From Auanema rhodensis (Eukaryota > Animalia > Nematoda): a stretch of DNA of 64,000 nucleotides. Below, piece after piece: positions 1 through 11,367 of the stretch. The position numbers and the translations under genes are program-made. Position 1 is the stretch's first letter; the number at the start of each line of letters is the position of its first letter. The stretch is from positions 7,316,001-7,380,000 of the forward strand of contig OZ059899.1 of NCBI GenBank assembly GCA_964057225.1, given 5' to 3'. Below the pieces are notes generated by a model. It was not told where the DNA came from, made no database searches, and saw nothing but the letters and a program-made list of their open reading frames with translations.

Positions 1-1538
1 ACACATAGAGATGATCATATGAATATATCTCCACAACAAGGACAAGCTGCTGATATGTATGCCTTTGGAATAGTATTATATGAGCTAATGTTTCGAAAAA
101 AACATGTTGAAGTTGATGATATAATTCAAAATGATCTTGGTTTGATCTACTAAAGTTATTCATCTTATAAATTATATATGTTATAGCATCAGACGATGAT
201 AATTTGATTCTTTGTGAGCAAGCTGAAGCTTTAATTCCCGCATACCCTGTATTACCTTCGGATATTTCTGAAGTTCACCCGGATTTAATAGGATTGATGC
301 AAAAGTGTTGGTCTGATCAGGTATGTTCGAAAAATAATTCTATTCAATCATCTGAAATCAACGTTACAGATTGATAATAGGCCTGATGCTGCACTAGCCC
401 GTAAAATCACAGATGCAACTTTGAAAATGTCGGGATCATTAGTAGATCATTTGATTCGAAATATGGAAATGTATACATCAGGATTACAAGATCTTGTAAA
501 TGAAAGAACAAGTCAAAGTGAAGACGCACAAAGAAAGTCTGATGAACTTTTGTGGGAAATGTTACCAAAGTATGAATATGAACTTTCTCAACGTTTTCAT
601 TTATATTTCTTTGTTATAGATCCTTAGCTGAAGATTTAAAGAATGGAAAAAAAGCTGAAGCAAAAGGATATAAATCTGTAACAATTATGTATTCCGATAT
701 TGTTGGATTTACTTCATTGTGCTCTGAATCACAACCCATGGAAGTGGTTGCTCTTCTTAGCGGGATGTTTGAGAATTTTGATCGTATTATAAGTCAATAT
801 GATGGATATAAAGTATTAACCTTTTATATTATATTCACTTATAATTTTATTTTTAGATGGAAACAATTGGAGATGCATACTGTGTTGCTTCTGGTATTCC
901 AACACCAAATCGCTTGGAACATGTTAAAAACATAGCAACAATAGCTTTACTTCAACGTGATGTAAGATTATTTGAATTGAATATTTTGGATTATTTTTAT
1001 ATTCTTATAGTATTTGAAAACTTTTGAAATTCCTCATCGTCCTGGGCAATATTTGCATTGTCGTTGGGGATTTAACACTGGACCTGTATTCACTGGAGTA
1101 GTTGGTATAAGAGCACCTCGATATTCAGTATTTGGTCAAACAGTAATATATATTTTGTAATAAATAATATTATATGAATATCATTTAAGGTTATAATAGC
1201 GTCAAAAATGGAAAATCTAGGACAACCAGATTGTATACAAATGACTTTAAAAAGTCATAAAATATTATCGTCTAGATATCCAGAATTCAAATGTAAACCT
1301 CGTGGTAGTACTAAAGTTCCTGTATGTTATTTTATTTTTTTTTATTTTTTATAAACTTATTATGTAGGGTATTGGTATGTTATTAACATATTGGTTAGAA
1401 GGTATAGAAGAGCTTCTGAAAAGTAATCGAGAAGATTTTGATCGAGCTATTGAAGAACACGAAGGGAAAGTTGGAGGAATGGATACTGTATGGAAGTCTA
1501 GTGCATTAAGTTCAGCTAGTGTTGAACCTGTCTTATGA
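1..1538 (+). CDS. daf-11: Receptor-type guanylyl cyclase, 3' part (kinase-homology domain end, coiled coil, atypical cyclase domain); DAF-11-like; 5' end outside window
   Basis: Spliced exons read [15 protein letters not shown]...[12 protein letters not shown]...[17 protein letters not shown]...[37 protein letters not shown]...LTYWLEG, stop TGA 1536-1538. The RWGFN and RAPRY..FG..VI.ASKME variants match DAF-11 as I recall it, not the canonical MPRYCLFGDTVNTASRME. Confidence 0.8.
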
Positions 1539-1643
1539 GAAGGAACCTGTAAAATATAATATAGAGTTAACTTTATACTAAAGTTTCATATGAATATGTA
1601 AACATTATTTAAAATATTTTTGTTATAACTAAAAATATTAACT

Positions 1644-1662
1644 TATATATATATATATATAT
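1644..1662. repeat. (TA)n microsatellite; similar tracts at ~14749-14765, ~18967-18990 and ~56041-56066
   Basis: Directly visible TA dinucleotide runs. Confidence 0.9.
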
Positions 1663-2058
1663 AGCCTCAATTTGAAAAGAAGATATTAAGACATTTATAA
1701 ACATTTTTCTACATAAAGTACATAACTTTCATATCAGATATTGCTCCAAACTTATATATTATAATATATATCTTCGGTATTAGCTTTTGGAATTGTTTTA
1801 TATTTAAAGATCTCGTTAAATATTAAATTGTTGATACTTTTCAGATTTTCTTTTTTTTTTGCTCATTGTCATTTGTATTTCAACTTTTTTTTAAAATATC
1901 AATAACAAATCTATTTTTCAATCTATATGTATATGTATATTCATATATTTTTATTTATTTAAAAAAAACTTTGTTATTTGTTTACTAAATTATATTAACA
2001 ATGTATTGGCATAGTACTAACAAATGGAATTAAGCTCTTTCTAGAACTATTGAGTGAT

Positions 2059-4502
2059 TTATTGAGGGAATGGTTTAACAGTTTCTGAAAATAATTTAAA
2101 TATATACGTCATTCAATCTTAAATATAATTTTTTAATAAAAAAAAGTAACATACCACCAAGGAAATAAGCGATTTCCTTATTAATAAAATCTCGAGCATT
2201 CTTTAATCCTGCTGGTTCATTTGGATAAATTGGATACATATCAGAACAATGTCCAGCCTCTGTTATATAGAATATTAAATAAGAAAATAAAAAATATTGT
2301 TTTTACTTGGAATAAGAATACTGGTTAAATGACTTTCAGTATTGTTCCAGTTAAGACCTAAAGAATGCCAAGGATCATATGCTCCATTAGGAAGAACAAT
2401 ATTAGTTGCCTTAAATCAAAAAATATTTAGTAAAACAGCTAAATTTTCAATAAACTTACGGTATAATGATTATTTCCTCCATAACGTTTGTTAAAAGCAA
2501 TATTACGATCTCTAATAGACTTAATGTTGATTGTTGAATCAAACATCTGGGTACACATATCGATGAAATAACTGAAAAAATATTATTTTTGTTATTAAAA
2601 ATCGAAAATTTACTTTAATGGAACAATTTGTTGGAAGATGTTATATCCTTGATCAGTGGTTTGAAGTACTCCCATTTCATTACAACACAACCACATCCAT
2701 CCACGCTGGGCAGCTAAGATCATACAGTAAGATGAGAAATGATATTGAACTTCAACATACCATTGTCCTGGAATTGATGCTCATCATCAAATGTGGTATT
2801 GGAAAGAACCGCAATGGCATTAGAATATGAATTATCAAATGTATTTCCAGCAATATTGTTCAATTTATTATACTGAAATAATATAATATTTTATAAAATT
2901 TATAATATATTATATTAATACCCAAGTAATAACATTAGTAACACGAGTTATAACATCTTGAACTGTTTTATCAGTCATTAGTTTACAAAGATTTGTAACA
3001 TCTAAACCTCCACGAGTTGCATTATTCTGTAAACAAAACAATTTTTGTTATTATCTAATCACTATAAAATAATAATAATGTTATCACTTACTCGTCCATC
3101 ATAAGTATATTGAGTAACATCTTGGAAGAAACTGTATACATTAGCAAAGAAGTTATCAATATCTAACTGTGTTGAATTAACATTGAAAACTGGAACAAGG
3201 CTTAAAACAAGAATAAAACATCCATTTAACTGATTTTGAATTACTTGAAGTATATGCTCAGTTTGTTTCTTCCATCGACTGATAAGCTAAGTTGTTGCAT
3301 TTGCATGAAAGCATCACGAATTGAATCTCCACAGTTTCGGTCAACATCATACATAACGTTTTCTACTACCTGAGCATATTCTATAAACAGAATAAAGTGA
3401 TTATGTAACTGTTCAGAGACTTACGGAAAAAGTCAAGAGTCCAGAGCATTGGAGCACTGCTTGCAACAGCTCCAACAGTGTAAGATGGATATTTCATGCG
3501 GAAGGCAGCAGATAAAAATCCTGAAAAGGAAAACCCATTCAACATTACTAGTTGTTATCTTATAAGAGGCGCAGTGAGCTCGGTGATCAGGTGGCCGAGT
3601 GGTTAAGGCGATGGACTGCTAATCCATTGGGGTTTCCCCGCGTGAGTTCGAATCTCATCCTGATCGAAGTTTTTTGCATTTTTGCAAAAGCAATATTTAA
3701 GTAATTATATTGTTTCATATAAGAAATAATATAATTTATAAGCAGAAATAATTGAAAAAACTGAACCTGGATAAGATCCACCGAAAGTAATCCATTTTGG
3801 GTTTTTGATGTTGAGTTCCTTATTCTTGCTACTAATGAAGAAAGCAATATCTTCCAAAGCTTGATCAACATTACAAGTGGCAAGATGCTCAACTGTCATA
3901 TCTCTTAAATATATCATATAACTTATAATTATGTTGAACATTTCTGTTTGTCATACTTTTCTGGTCTACTGAATCCGAAACAACGGTGTTCCAGTTGGAA
4001 AACATCAGCTCCATACAATTTAGCCAATGTAATGTACGTGTATCCTTCATTATTTGCCCAAGCATCAGTGGCAATTCCTTCTCCTATAATGCATTAACAA
4101 TTAATTGTTTAAAACCATTTATTCATACCTTGAATTAACAGGAAAACGTATCCATTATTCTTACTATAATCAGAGTTGTGCCAGAAGCGCTTAAGAACAA
4201 AGAGAACGATTATTTAAAGAAAACATGATGGCATTTCTCTTACTTGAGCAAATGTTGCATTACTACCATTAAAATGATCTTTTATCTGATTAAACTGTGT
4301 TGCTTGTGCAACAGCTTTTCCTACATTATTATTAGAACGACCTCTTAAATTTATAAATTGTTATGGCATTATACAAAATAATATATTAGAAGTCTTAAAC
4401 TTACCCTACTAGACCATTTTTTGGTCTTCCTAGAAGCATACGATGAGAAGCAGAAACAGCAACTAAAGCTAACAAGCTGAGAACAACGATTGATTTAGTC
4501 AT
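2059..4502 (-). CDS. Secreted/lysosomal serine peptidase, family S28 (prolylcarboxypeptidase-like), multi-exon
   Basis: Signal peptide MTKSIVVLSLLALVAVSA; motifs QIKDHF, LEHRCFG, QALEDIAFFI, WITFGGSYPG (catalytic Ser), KYPSYTVGAVASSAP, NGAYDPWH and GHCSD (catalytic His); stop TAA 2059-2061; TTCAG acceptor directly before the ATG. Confidence 0.92.
3585..3666 (+). tRNA. tRNA-Ser (anticodon GCT), inside an intron of the S28 peptidase gene on the opposite strand
   Basis: Acceptor stem GATCAGG/CCTGATC, D arm GCC-GAGTGGTTAA-GGC, anticodon arm ATGGA-CTGCTAA-TCCAT, long variable arm GGGG-TTT-CCCC, T loop TTCGAAT, discriminator G, followed by a Pol III T-run. Confidence 0.97.
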
Positions 4503-4874
4503 CCTGAATAATTTTTTTTTACAATGAAGAACTTATGAATGAGAGATTATTAATTATATATAGCTTTAAAATTGAAAAGTTTAAATGTAGAACATCTAGC
4601 TTATCAAAAAAAACTTTAAGAACAATTAATAAATGAAAAGAATTTTTTTTAAACAATCATTATAAGTACATGAATCATAAATGAAATGACCTTATATATA
4701 AATATTCATTCCTAAAATGAAACAATAAAAGCTTTTTTGGTTCAAAATATTAAATATAAAACGTTTTATTCAGAAAATCACGAAATAAAAAAAAATTAAT
4801 GCTTGCAGTATAACATGCTTGCATGTCACAAAATTATAAGTCTTATTTCGTGTTCAAGGGTCTACATGTATTTA

Positions 4875-4901
4875 ACTGATAAGATATTCAGACTTATCAG
4901 T
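4875..4901. promoter_or_regulatory. Inverted pair of extended GATA (ELT-2-type) sites upstream of the S28 peptidase
   Basis: ACTGATAAGA (4875-4884) and CTTATCAGT (4893-4901); another CTTATCA at 4600. TGATAA is the established intestinal GATA motif in C. elegans. Confidence 0.6.
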
Positions 4902-5075
4902 ATGAGGATGATCGGATAAAACTATTTCTAAAATAATTATGTTTCACCTTGATGTAAAGTGTATCTAATAGTTGCAATCATATGTAAAAGCATTTGAACT
5001 ATAACTAATAATATCAGACTTTATATGATATTAAACAGATTTTACACTATTCTTAAACTGGTAAAACTGTATTTC

Positions 5076-5718
5076 TATAAGTAGTATAGGAAGGAGGGAT
5101 TATAATACCGTTTTCGACATTTCATTTTTTTATACATTTTCGATTAATTTTCTGTTGAGATGTCGATTTCATTTTCAATTTTCTATTTTCATGTTTAAAT
5201 GCTCAAAAAATGTATCATTTTCACACTTTTTAGAAAATCAGTGGATGTCGATTTTTGAAAGGAAGTGGTATTATCTCTGAAGATAAAAACAATGCTTAAT
5301 AAATGGCGAAGTTAGATAAAACTTTGAAACCTCTTACAAACATCGAACTCATAGAATTAGCAGAAATAGTGGGAATCTAGAATTTTAGAGAAGTCTTTAT
5401 GATTTTTATTAAAGTGCATTTGTTGTGCATTATTTTTATAATACCACTTTACCCGAATAAATCGACATCCACTGTTTTTTTTAAATATGAAAATAGAAAA
5501 TTAAAAATGAAATCGACACCTCAACCGAAAATTGATCGAAAATGTATAAAAATTATTGAAAATAAGCACTTTTTAGTGCTCCAAAATGGGCTGATTTCAG
5601 ACTTTTTTCAAAAGTGTTGTAAATGAGGTGATTCTCTGTCATCAGAGAATGAAAATGTATTGAAATGAATGAAATGTCGAAAATGGTATTATAATCCCTC
5701 CTTCCTATACTACTTCTA
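5076..5718. mobile_element. Non-autonomous foldback element / MITE (~640 bp)
   Basis: ~50-bp near-perfect terminal inverted repeats (AAGTAGTATAGGAAGGAGGGATTATAATACC[G/A]TTTTCGACATTTCATT). Further inverted blocks at ~5128-5198/5481-5551 and ~5239-5272/5440-5474. TA at both ends; no transposase ORF. Confidence 0.85.
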
Positions 5719-5902
5719 TGTTGAAGAAATATTTCTGTGTATATTGAAATTAATAGTAATAAGAACATTTTTCCCTCTTAGAAATTTCTTTAATTCCAAT
5801 GTTAAAAAAAGAATGATCATACTAATAAAACTCTTTACAATTAAGAATAATAACCAAAAACCAATAACAAAAAAAATTAATTAATAAAATTAACCTTTTT
5901 TG

Positions 5903-6964
5903 CTAGCCTCGTTTATCGTAACCATATTCAGCAAGGATTTCCCTAGTTAAATTATTAATATGTCTAAATCTATCAGGTCCTAATTGAATTCCACCATACC
6001 ATCTTGACACTACAACCTTAAATAAAATTTGAAACAGCCTATTCGAATATTAATATACCATTACGTTCTCTGCACCCATCTTCTCAAGCAGCTCCAACAT
6101 TTTCGAGCTCGCAGCATTTTCCCCGTCATCGTTACAATCATGCATTCTGATACAATATTATTATAAAATATACAGTAGACTACAACCTACAGTATATCCT
6201 TCCCATCTTTATTAGTTTTTATACGCCAAGCAACAATGTTATGTGTGGCTCTGGCTATCTTATTATTCCGTAAAAGTTGTTTCAAAACCATTGAGACCTA
6301 AACACATTACAGTAAACAACTTTTCATGAAATAACAACGAGAAACCTACTTCTTCTTTCGAAGTTACTGGATACAAGTGAGCTTGAAAATGGCTTTTCCT
6401 ATCAGTAAGAACTGCTCCATGTTTTATATCCAATTCAGGAACAGTATCCATTTCTATAAAATATAGATTTAGTTAAATATTGCACATTCATATTCAACCT
6501 GCGAGTGTAGATGAGACTTCTCCATTTACTGTATCGCCTTGGTCTTTGTCACCAGCAGAGTCAGTGTCAAGATTTTCATTCTGGGATGAAGTGGTCTCAT
6601 GCGTAATGTATACAAACGTACCTCAATGAATTCCTTAACTTTACTGATGAACGAAAATAATAATGGCATGCCTATATTGTTTCCACATTCTTGATTTAAG
6701 TCATTCCATAATTGATTCTTCTGACGTATCGTCAAAGTGGGAGCACTTAGCTCTATCACAGGCAGCTCTCTAAATAGAAAAAATAAAAGAATAAAAAATA
6801 AATTTTTCTTACAGACTAGGATAATGGGGAGGAAGGGTAATGATTAGCATCACAGGCGTAATATTTAAATGAACGCGACTTTCGCCATCATAAAATAGTA
6901 TTTCAGGATAAATCGATTCGATAGCTAGAATCTCATCATGCTGAGATGCTTTATCGTCATCCAT
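5903..6964 (-). CDS. impt-1: IMPACT protein (RWD + UPF0029 domains; GCN2 pathway regulator)
   Basis: MDDDKASQHDEILAIESIYP, LPPHYPS, DRKSHFQAH, KIARATHNIVAWR, DCNDDGENAASSKML, VVSRWYGGIQLGPDRFRHINN; stop TAG 5903-5905. Confidence 0.92.
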
Positions 6965-7211
6965 CTTTATAAAACATATTAAAATAATTGTATATATAAT
7001 TTAAATAACTAAAAATGAAGAATCCTGTTCAAATCGTGGACTGAAACGAGTTAAAGGTCTAACCAATTTTTAGTTTGCACTCTGCGCTCTCTCATCATCA
7101 CATACTCTTCTTTGTTTAAATAAAAGAAATTATTAAAAAAACTATTTTTCCTTCCATCGACTCTTATTTTTTTTTCTGCTTCTGTTGAACATTAGATAAT
7201 CGACCATAGGT

Positions 7212-7949
7212 ATGTCGCCGGCCGTGGACATAGTTCAAAAAGTGAAGAACTTGGAAATTAATGGGGAAAAAAAGAAACTTGCCGGACGATGTGATATGGA
7301 ACTTGGGGATATAACCCAGCATAACGTTTTTGTAAGTTCCCCCTTTCACTTTGATATACATATTTATTGTTAAGCAATTGAAAAGACTCAACCAAGCCGT
7401 TTTCCCCGTGACTTATAATGATAAATTTTACACAGAGGTTCGTTTAATGAACTTAAATTTCTCCAGAAATCGAAAATTTCCAGGTAGTTAGTGCAGGACA
7501 ATTAGCCAAATTGGCCTACTTCAATGATGTTGTTGTTGGAGCTGTATGCTGTCGATATGACAACTATCAGGGACAGAAATCCTTATATATAATGACCCTG
7601 GGTACCTTAGCTCCCTACAGACAGTAAGTTTAGAATATTTTATTTGTTATTTTTTATTTTCTATAGACTGGGAATAGGAAGTTTGTTATTGAAGCACGTG
7701 TTTACATATTGTGAAAATGATAATTCGGTTCACAATTTGTTCTTACATGTTCAGGTAAACCTTTTTAATTTCAACATATTCTGCATAATCGCCTTTTCTT
7801 ATAACAACAATGTTTTATAGATAAACAATGACACTGCATTGTCTTTCTATAAAAGGTATGGTTTTGAGCAGGTCGGTGTAGCTGAAAAATATTACAAAAG
7901 AATTACTCCGGATGATGCTTATATTCTCGTGAAGAAACTCAAAGATTGA
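7212..7949 (+). CDS. naa50: N-alpha-acetyltransferase 50 (NatE catalytic subunit, NAA50/San)
   Basis: ELGDITQHN..QLKRLNQAVFPVTYNDKFY, LAYFNDVVVGAVCCR, LYIMTLGTLAPYR.LGIG, LHVQINN..A..FY, YYKRITPDDA; stop TGA 7947-7949; head-to-head with IMPACT (~250 bp apart). Confidence 0.93.
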
Positions 7950-7957
7950 AGAAAATG

Positions 7958-8092
7958 ATGATAATTCTATCTCCATTTTTAGAAAACCTATTCTTATCTT
8001 TAATGTAGTTGATTTATCATGGTCCTAGAATTACCAGATTGTTCGAGAACACGAATTAATATGATGACAATTAGAAACGTTAAAAGGGCGGG
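7958..8092. promoter_or_regulatory. Three SKN-1 consensus sites (WWTRTCAT) plus a GC box upstream of the GST gene
   Basis: ATGATAAT 7958-7965, TTTATCAT 8013-8020, ATGACAAT 8064-8071 and GGGCGGG 8086-8092. The first sites probably overlap the NAA50 3' UTR, and the motif is AT-rich, so chance matches are possible. Confidence 0.4.
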
Positions 8093-8412
8093 CGACGTGG
8101 TCTCTTGCCGTGGTGTAGGTAGATCGTGTTGCTGTTTGTCCTTGTAACTGAACAGTTTTCTTTCAATTTCATTTTTCTCAGGAGACTTTAGTCTCTGTTT
8201 GTTATTCTTGCGTTACATTGCCTGTTTTTCTGTTGCATTGACGCTAGTTGATCTTCGTTTTTTGCCTATAATTTTAATAATAAATTTTGTAACTTTTTTT
8301 TTGTATTTATTGCATAATTGTCCGAAATCTCAAGTTCGATATCTGCAAATCTGTTTAGAAATATAAAATACAAGAAATCAGTTTTTTTTAATTTAGTTAT
8401 AAATCTTCAACA

Positions 8413-9261
8413 ATGGTTTACAAGATTTCTTATTTCAACATCCGAGGTAGTATTGTAATTCTCTTCAAAGTTTTTTATGACTTTCTTGCTAGGTCTTGCT
8501 GAGGTTACCAGACTCATGCTAGCTGATCAGGGGATCACATTTGAAGATCATCGTATTGAGCGTGAAGACTGGCCTAAAGTTAAAGCTGATATGGTAAACT
8601 TCTAATTGAAATTTTATACTAGTTTCAATTCTCAGATTTTCGGACAAGTTCCTTGCTTATATGACGGCGATGAGCAAATTGTTCAAAGTGGAGCCATTAA
8701 CCGTCATTTGGCCAGAAAACATAGTGAGATTACCGGATTCACTAAAATCAAGAAATCAATGTTATAGATCTCAATGGAAGCAACGAAAGCGAGACCACCT
8801 ATATCGATATGTTCGCTGAGGGATGCCGTGACTTACACAGCCAATATACCAAAGTTATTTACGGAGATTATGAAGGAGGAAAGGAAACTTTAATCAAGGA
8901 GACTGTTCCAGCTCATCTTACTTTGTTGGAAAAGCTTTTGAAGACATATTGTAATGGAGAAAAATTCGTTAGCGGTGAAAAAGTATGTTTACAGTTGTTA
9001 CATACATACATTGATGATTAAGATTTCTTATGCTGATTATGCTCTGTTCGAAGAACTTGATATACTGCTTGTTCTGGAACCAACTATTCTTGACAAGTTC
9101 CCTATTCTCAAAGCGTTCCATAGTAGAATGAATAGCAGACCATCTCTTCATGTAATACCTTTTCCATTTACAAAATGTATTTCTTATAAAAATTAATTTA
9201 GGCTTATCTGGAGAAGAGAGCTATTTCTAATATTCCTATTAATGGAAATGGAAAACAATAA
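8413..9261 (+). CDS. gst-1: Glutathione S-transferase, pi class
   Basis: MVYKISYFNIRGLAE, FGQVPCL, QSGAINRHLAR, ISYADYALF and the pi-class C-terminus PINGNGKQ; stop TAA 9259-9261. Confidence 0.92.
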
Positions 9262-9635
9262 ATGCAAAATGAGAATCAATTTTTTTTTTCAAAATAAATT
9301 ATGAATATTGAACGTATTTTACATAAAATCTTCCTAATCCAATATACTTTTAACTCCATTAATTCCTTTAGTTTTTTTTAAAGTATCTTATTGTTAGAAG
9401 TTTATTAGTGGGTGAAAACACATGAAACTGTCTAATAGACTATGGAGATAATACAATTATATACACATACAAGTTTTTGAAATAACCAAAATGGAATGAA
9501 ATTCATTGGAAAAAAGATTAGCATTATACGTACAGGATAAAATATCATAACGTCAAGACAAAAATTAAAGCAAAAGGCCGATCTACAGACCCGTTATTTG
9601 ATACTTTTTCCTATGAGATATATATACAATAACTA

Positions 9636-10868
9636 TTAATCAGTGAGGTCGTCATGCTCAGCCCATGGGTTCTCATGTAAGAATGCCTCAACAACTTCTT
9701 TCATGGCTAGATTAGGAACAAGATCTTCCTCTTTTAACTCTGCTCGAGTTACCGGATCAAAATGGCCTAATACAGGAAATATCCAGAATAATACATACTT
9801 GAACTTACCAACTCTCTGTAAATGTTGCTTAATATCAGCTCGATCATATGTAATGCCCGAAGGAGTGATAACTGGATCTCTTAGAACTTCAAAGGAGATC
9901 TTACCGCAAAGATAATCAGGAATTTCCCTTTTCCTTCTACGTTCATCAACCTGTAGTGTTCTATGATAATACTAACAATATTACAACATTACCTGAGCGA
10001 CTAAAGATAAGAGCAAATTTTCGTATGAATGCGCTTCATTAATAATGCTATCTCTTTCGGGATCATCAGCTGGTAGACTTGATGTCCTATTTTCGACATC
10101 AGACTTTATCAACCTTTAAATAAAAAATGAATAAGAAAGAAACAGAAAAGATTATTATGACACTAACTTCTTGAAATATGTTACCAAATTGATCTCTTGT
10201 TGAATGCGTTTATTTTCATCTTGTTTAAACTTTTCTCTCCGCGCAAGACGTATCTGTGCATGAATCTCATCGCCATAGTTTCCCTGAAACACGATAAATT
10301 AAGATTGAACACGAACATTTATCAAAAACATGACATCATCTTCAATGACACATGTTTCATTTGTCTATCAATATGCTACGTGTTCGAATTCTGTTTGTAA
10401 TTAGAAGTGATTCAAAATGTTCACGAGTACTAAATCAGTAAAAATGCTATAATTTGTCAGACACACTTACGCCATGTGCTGGAGCGAGATCCATTGCTTT
10501 GACAAGTAGTTTTATAGCTTCATCATACTGTTCTAAGAGAATAGCAGCTCTTCCCCAGAAATAATACGCCTAATCAGAAAATGTTTTTGGTTATCAAGGC
10601 AACGAACCTTGACACTATTTCTATCAAGTTCAACAGCTTTTTGACAATCTTGAGAGGCGCGAACATAATCTTTTATCTGAATAGTTTCTAGCATATAAGC
10701 AAAAAAAGTTCAACTAACTTGCAAATAACACAACGCTCTATTAGTATAGTACACAGAAACTACAGGTGATTTTGTTATAGCTTTAGTATAACTGTTAATT
10801 GCCTCGTGATATCTTTTATTTTCAAAATAGCGATTTCCCTGAACTTTTAAATCCTCAGCTGCTGACAT
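9636..10868 (-). CDS. chn-1: CHIP/STUB1 TPR + U-box E3 ubiquitin ligase
   Basis: TPR start [15 protein letters not shown]...YYTNRALCY; U-box [29 protein letters not shown]...GHFDPVTR...[20 protein letters not shown]; stop TAA 9636-9638. Confidence 0.95.
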
Positions 10869-11367
10869 GCTAAATCAAACACTTAACACAATTAATTTAT
10901 TTTGAAATTTAGATATGAAATAGTAAGAATTGTCGTAAAACTTAAAAAATTAACAAAAAGGAAGCCATGTTATCAATAAAAATGTTACGTGACTCGTATA
11001 AAAAAAACAAATACGCAATATCGCGTTAATAATGTGATATAAAGCATAGTTTTAGAACTCCTATCAATCTAAATTAGAAGTATAGTTGAACACGAGTTTC
11101 AGAGATAAATGTTTAGTACCATTGTGATAAGCAAACGTTTTGTCTATTTGCATTATTTTTTTCCAAGTTATAACAGGCAAAAAGGTTATAGCACAAAAAT
11201 TTAATGAAAATTATTTTAAATTATTTAAACGGCTATAATAAAAACGTAAATATAAGACCAAACATGTTTTCATTTTCAGTTTATTCCAATATAATATTTA
11301 ACAAATTCTAATTTCAATAACAATAAATAAGATTAATTGATTTGCCGTGGGAATCATGTGCATTTCT

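Noticed and set aside
8061-8151. ATGATGA...CTGA as a box C/D snoRNA
   Set aside because: No terminal stem and no recognisable rRNA complementarity; better explained as GST promoter sequence.
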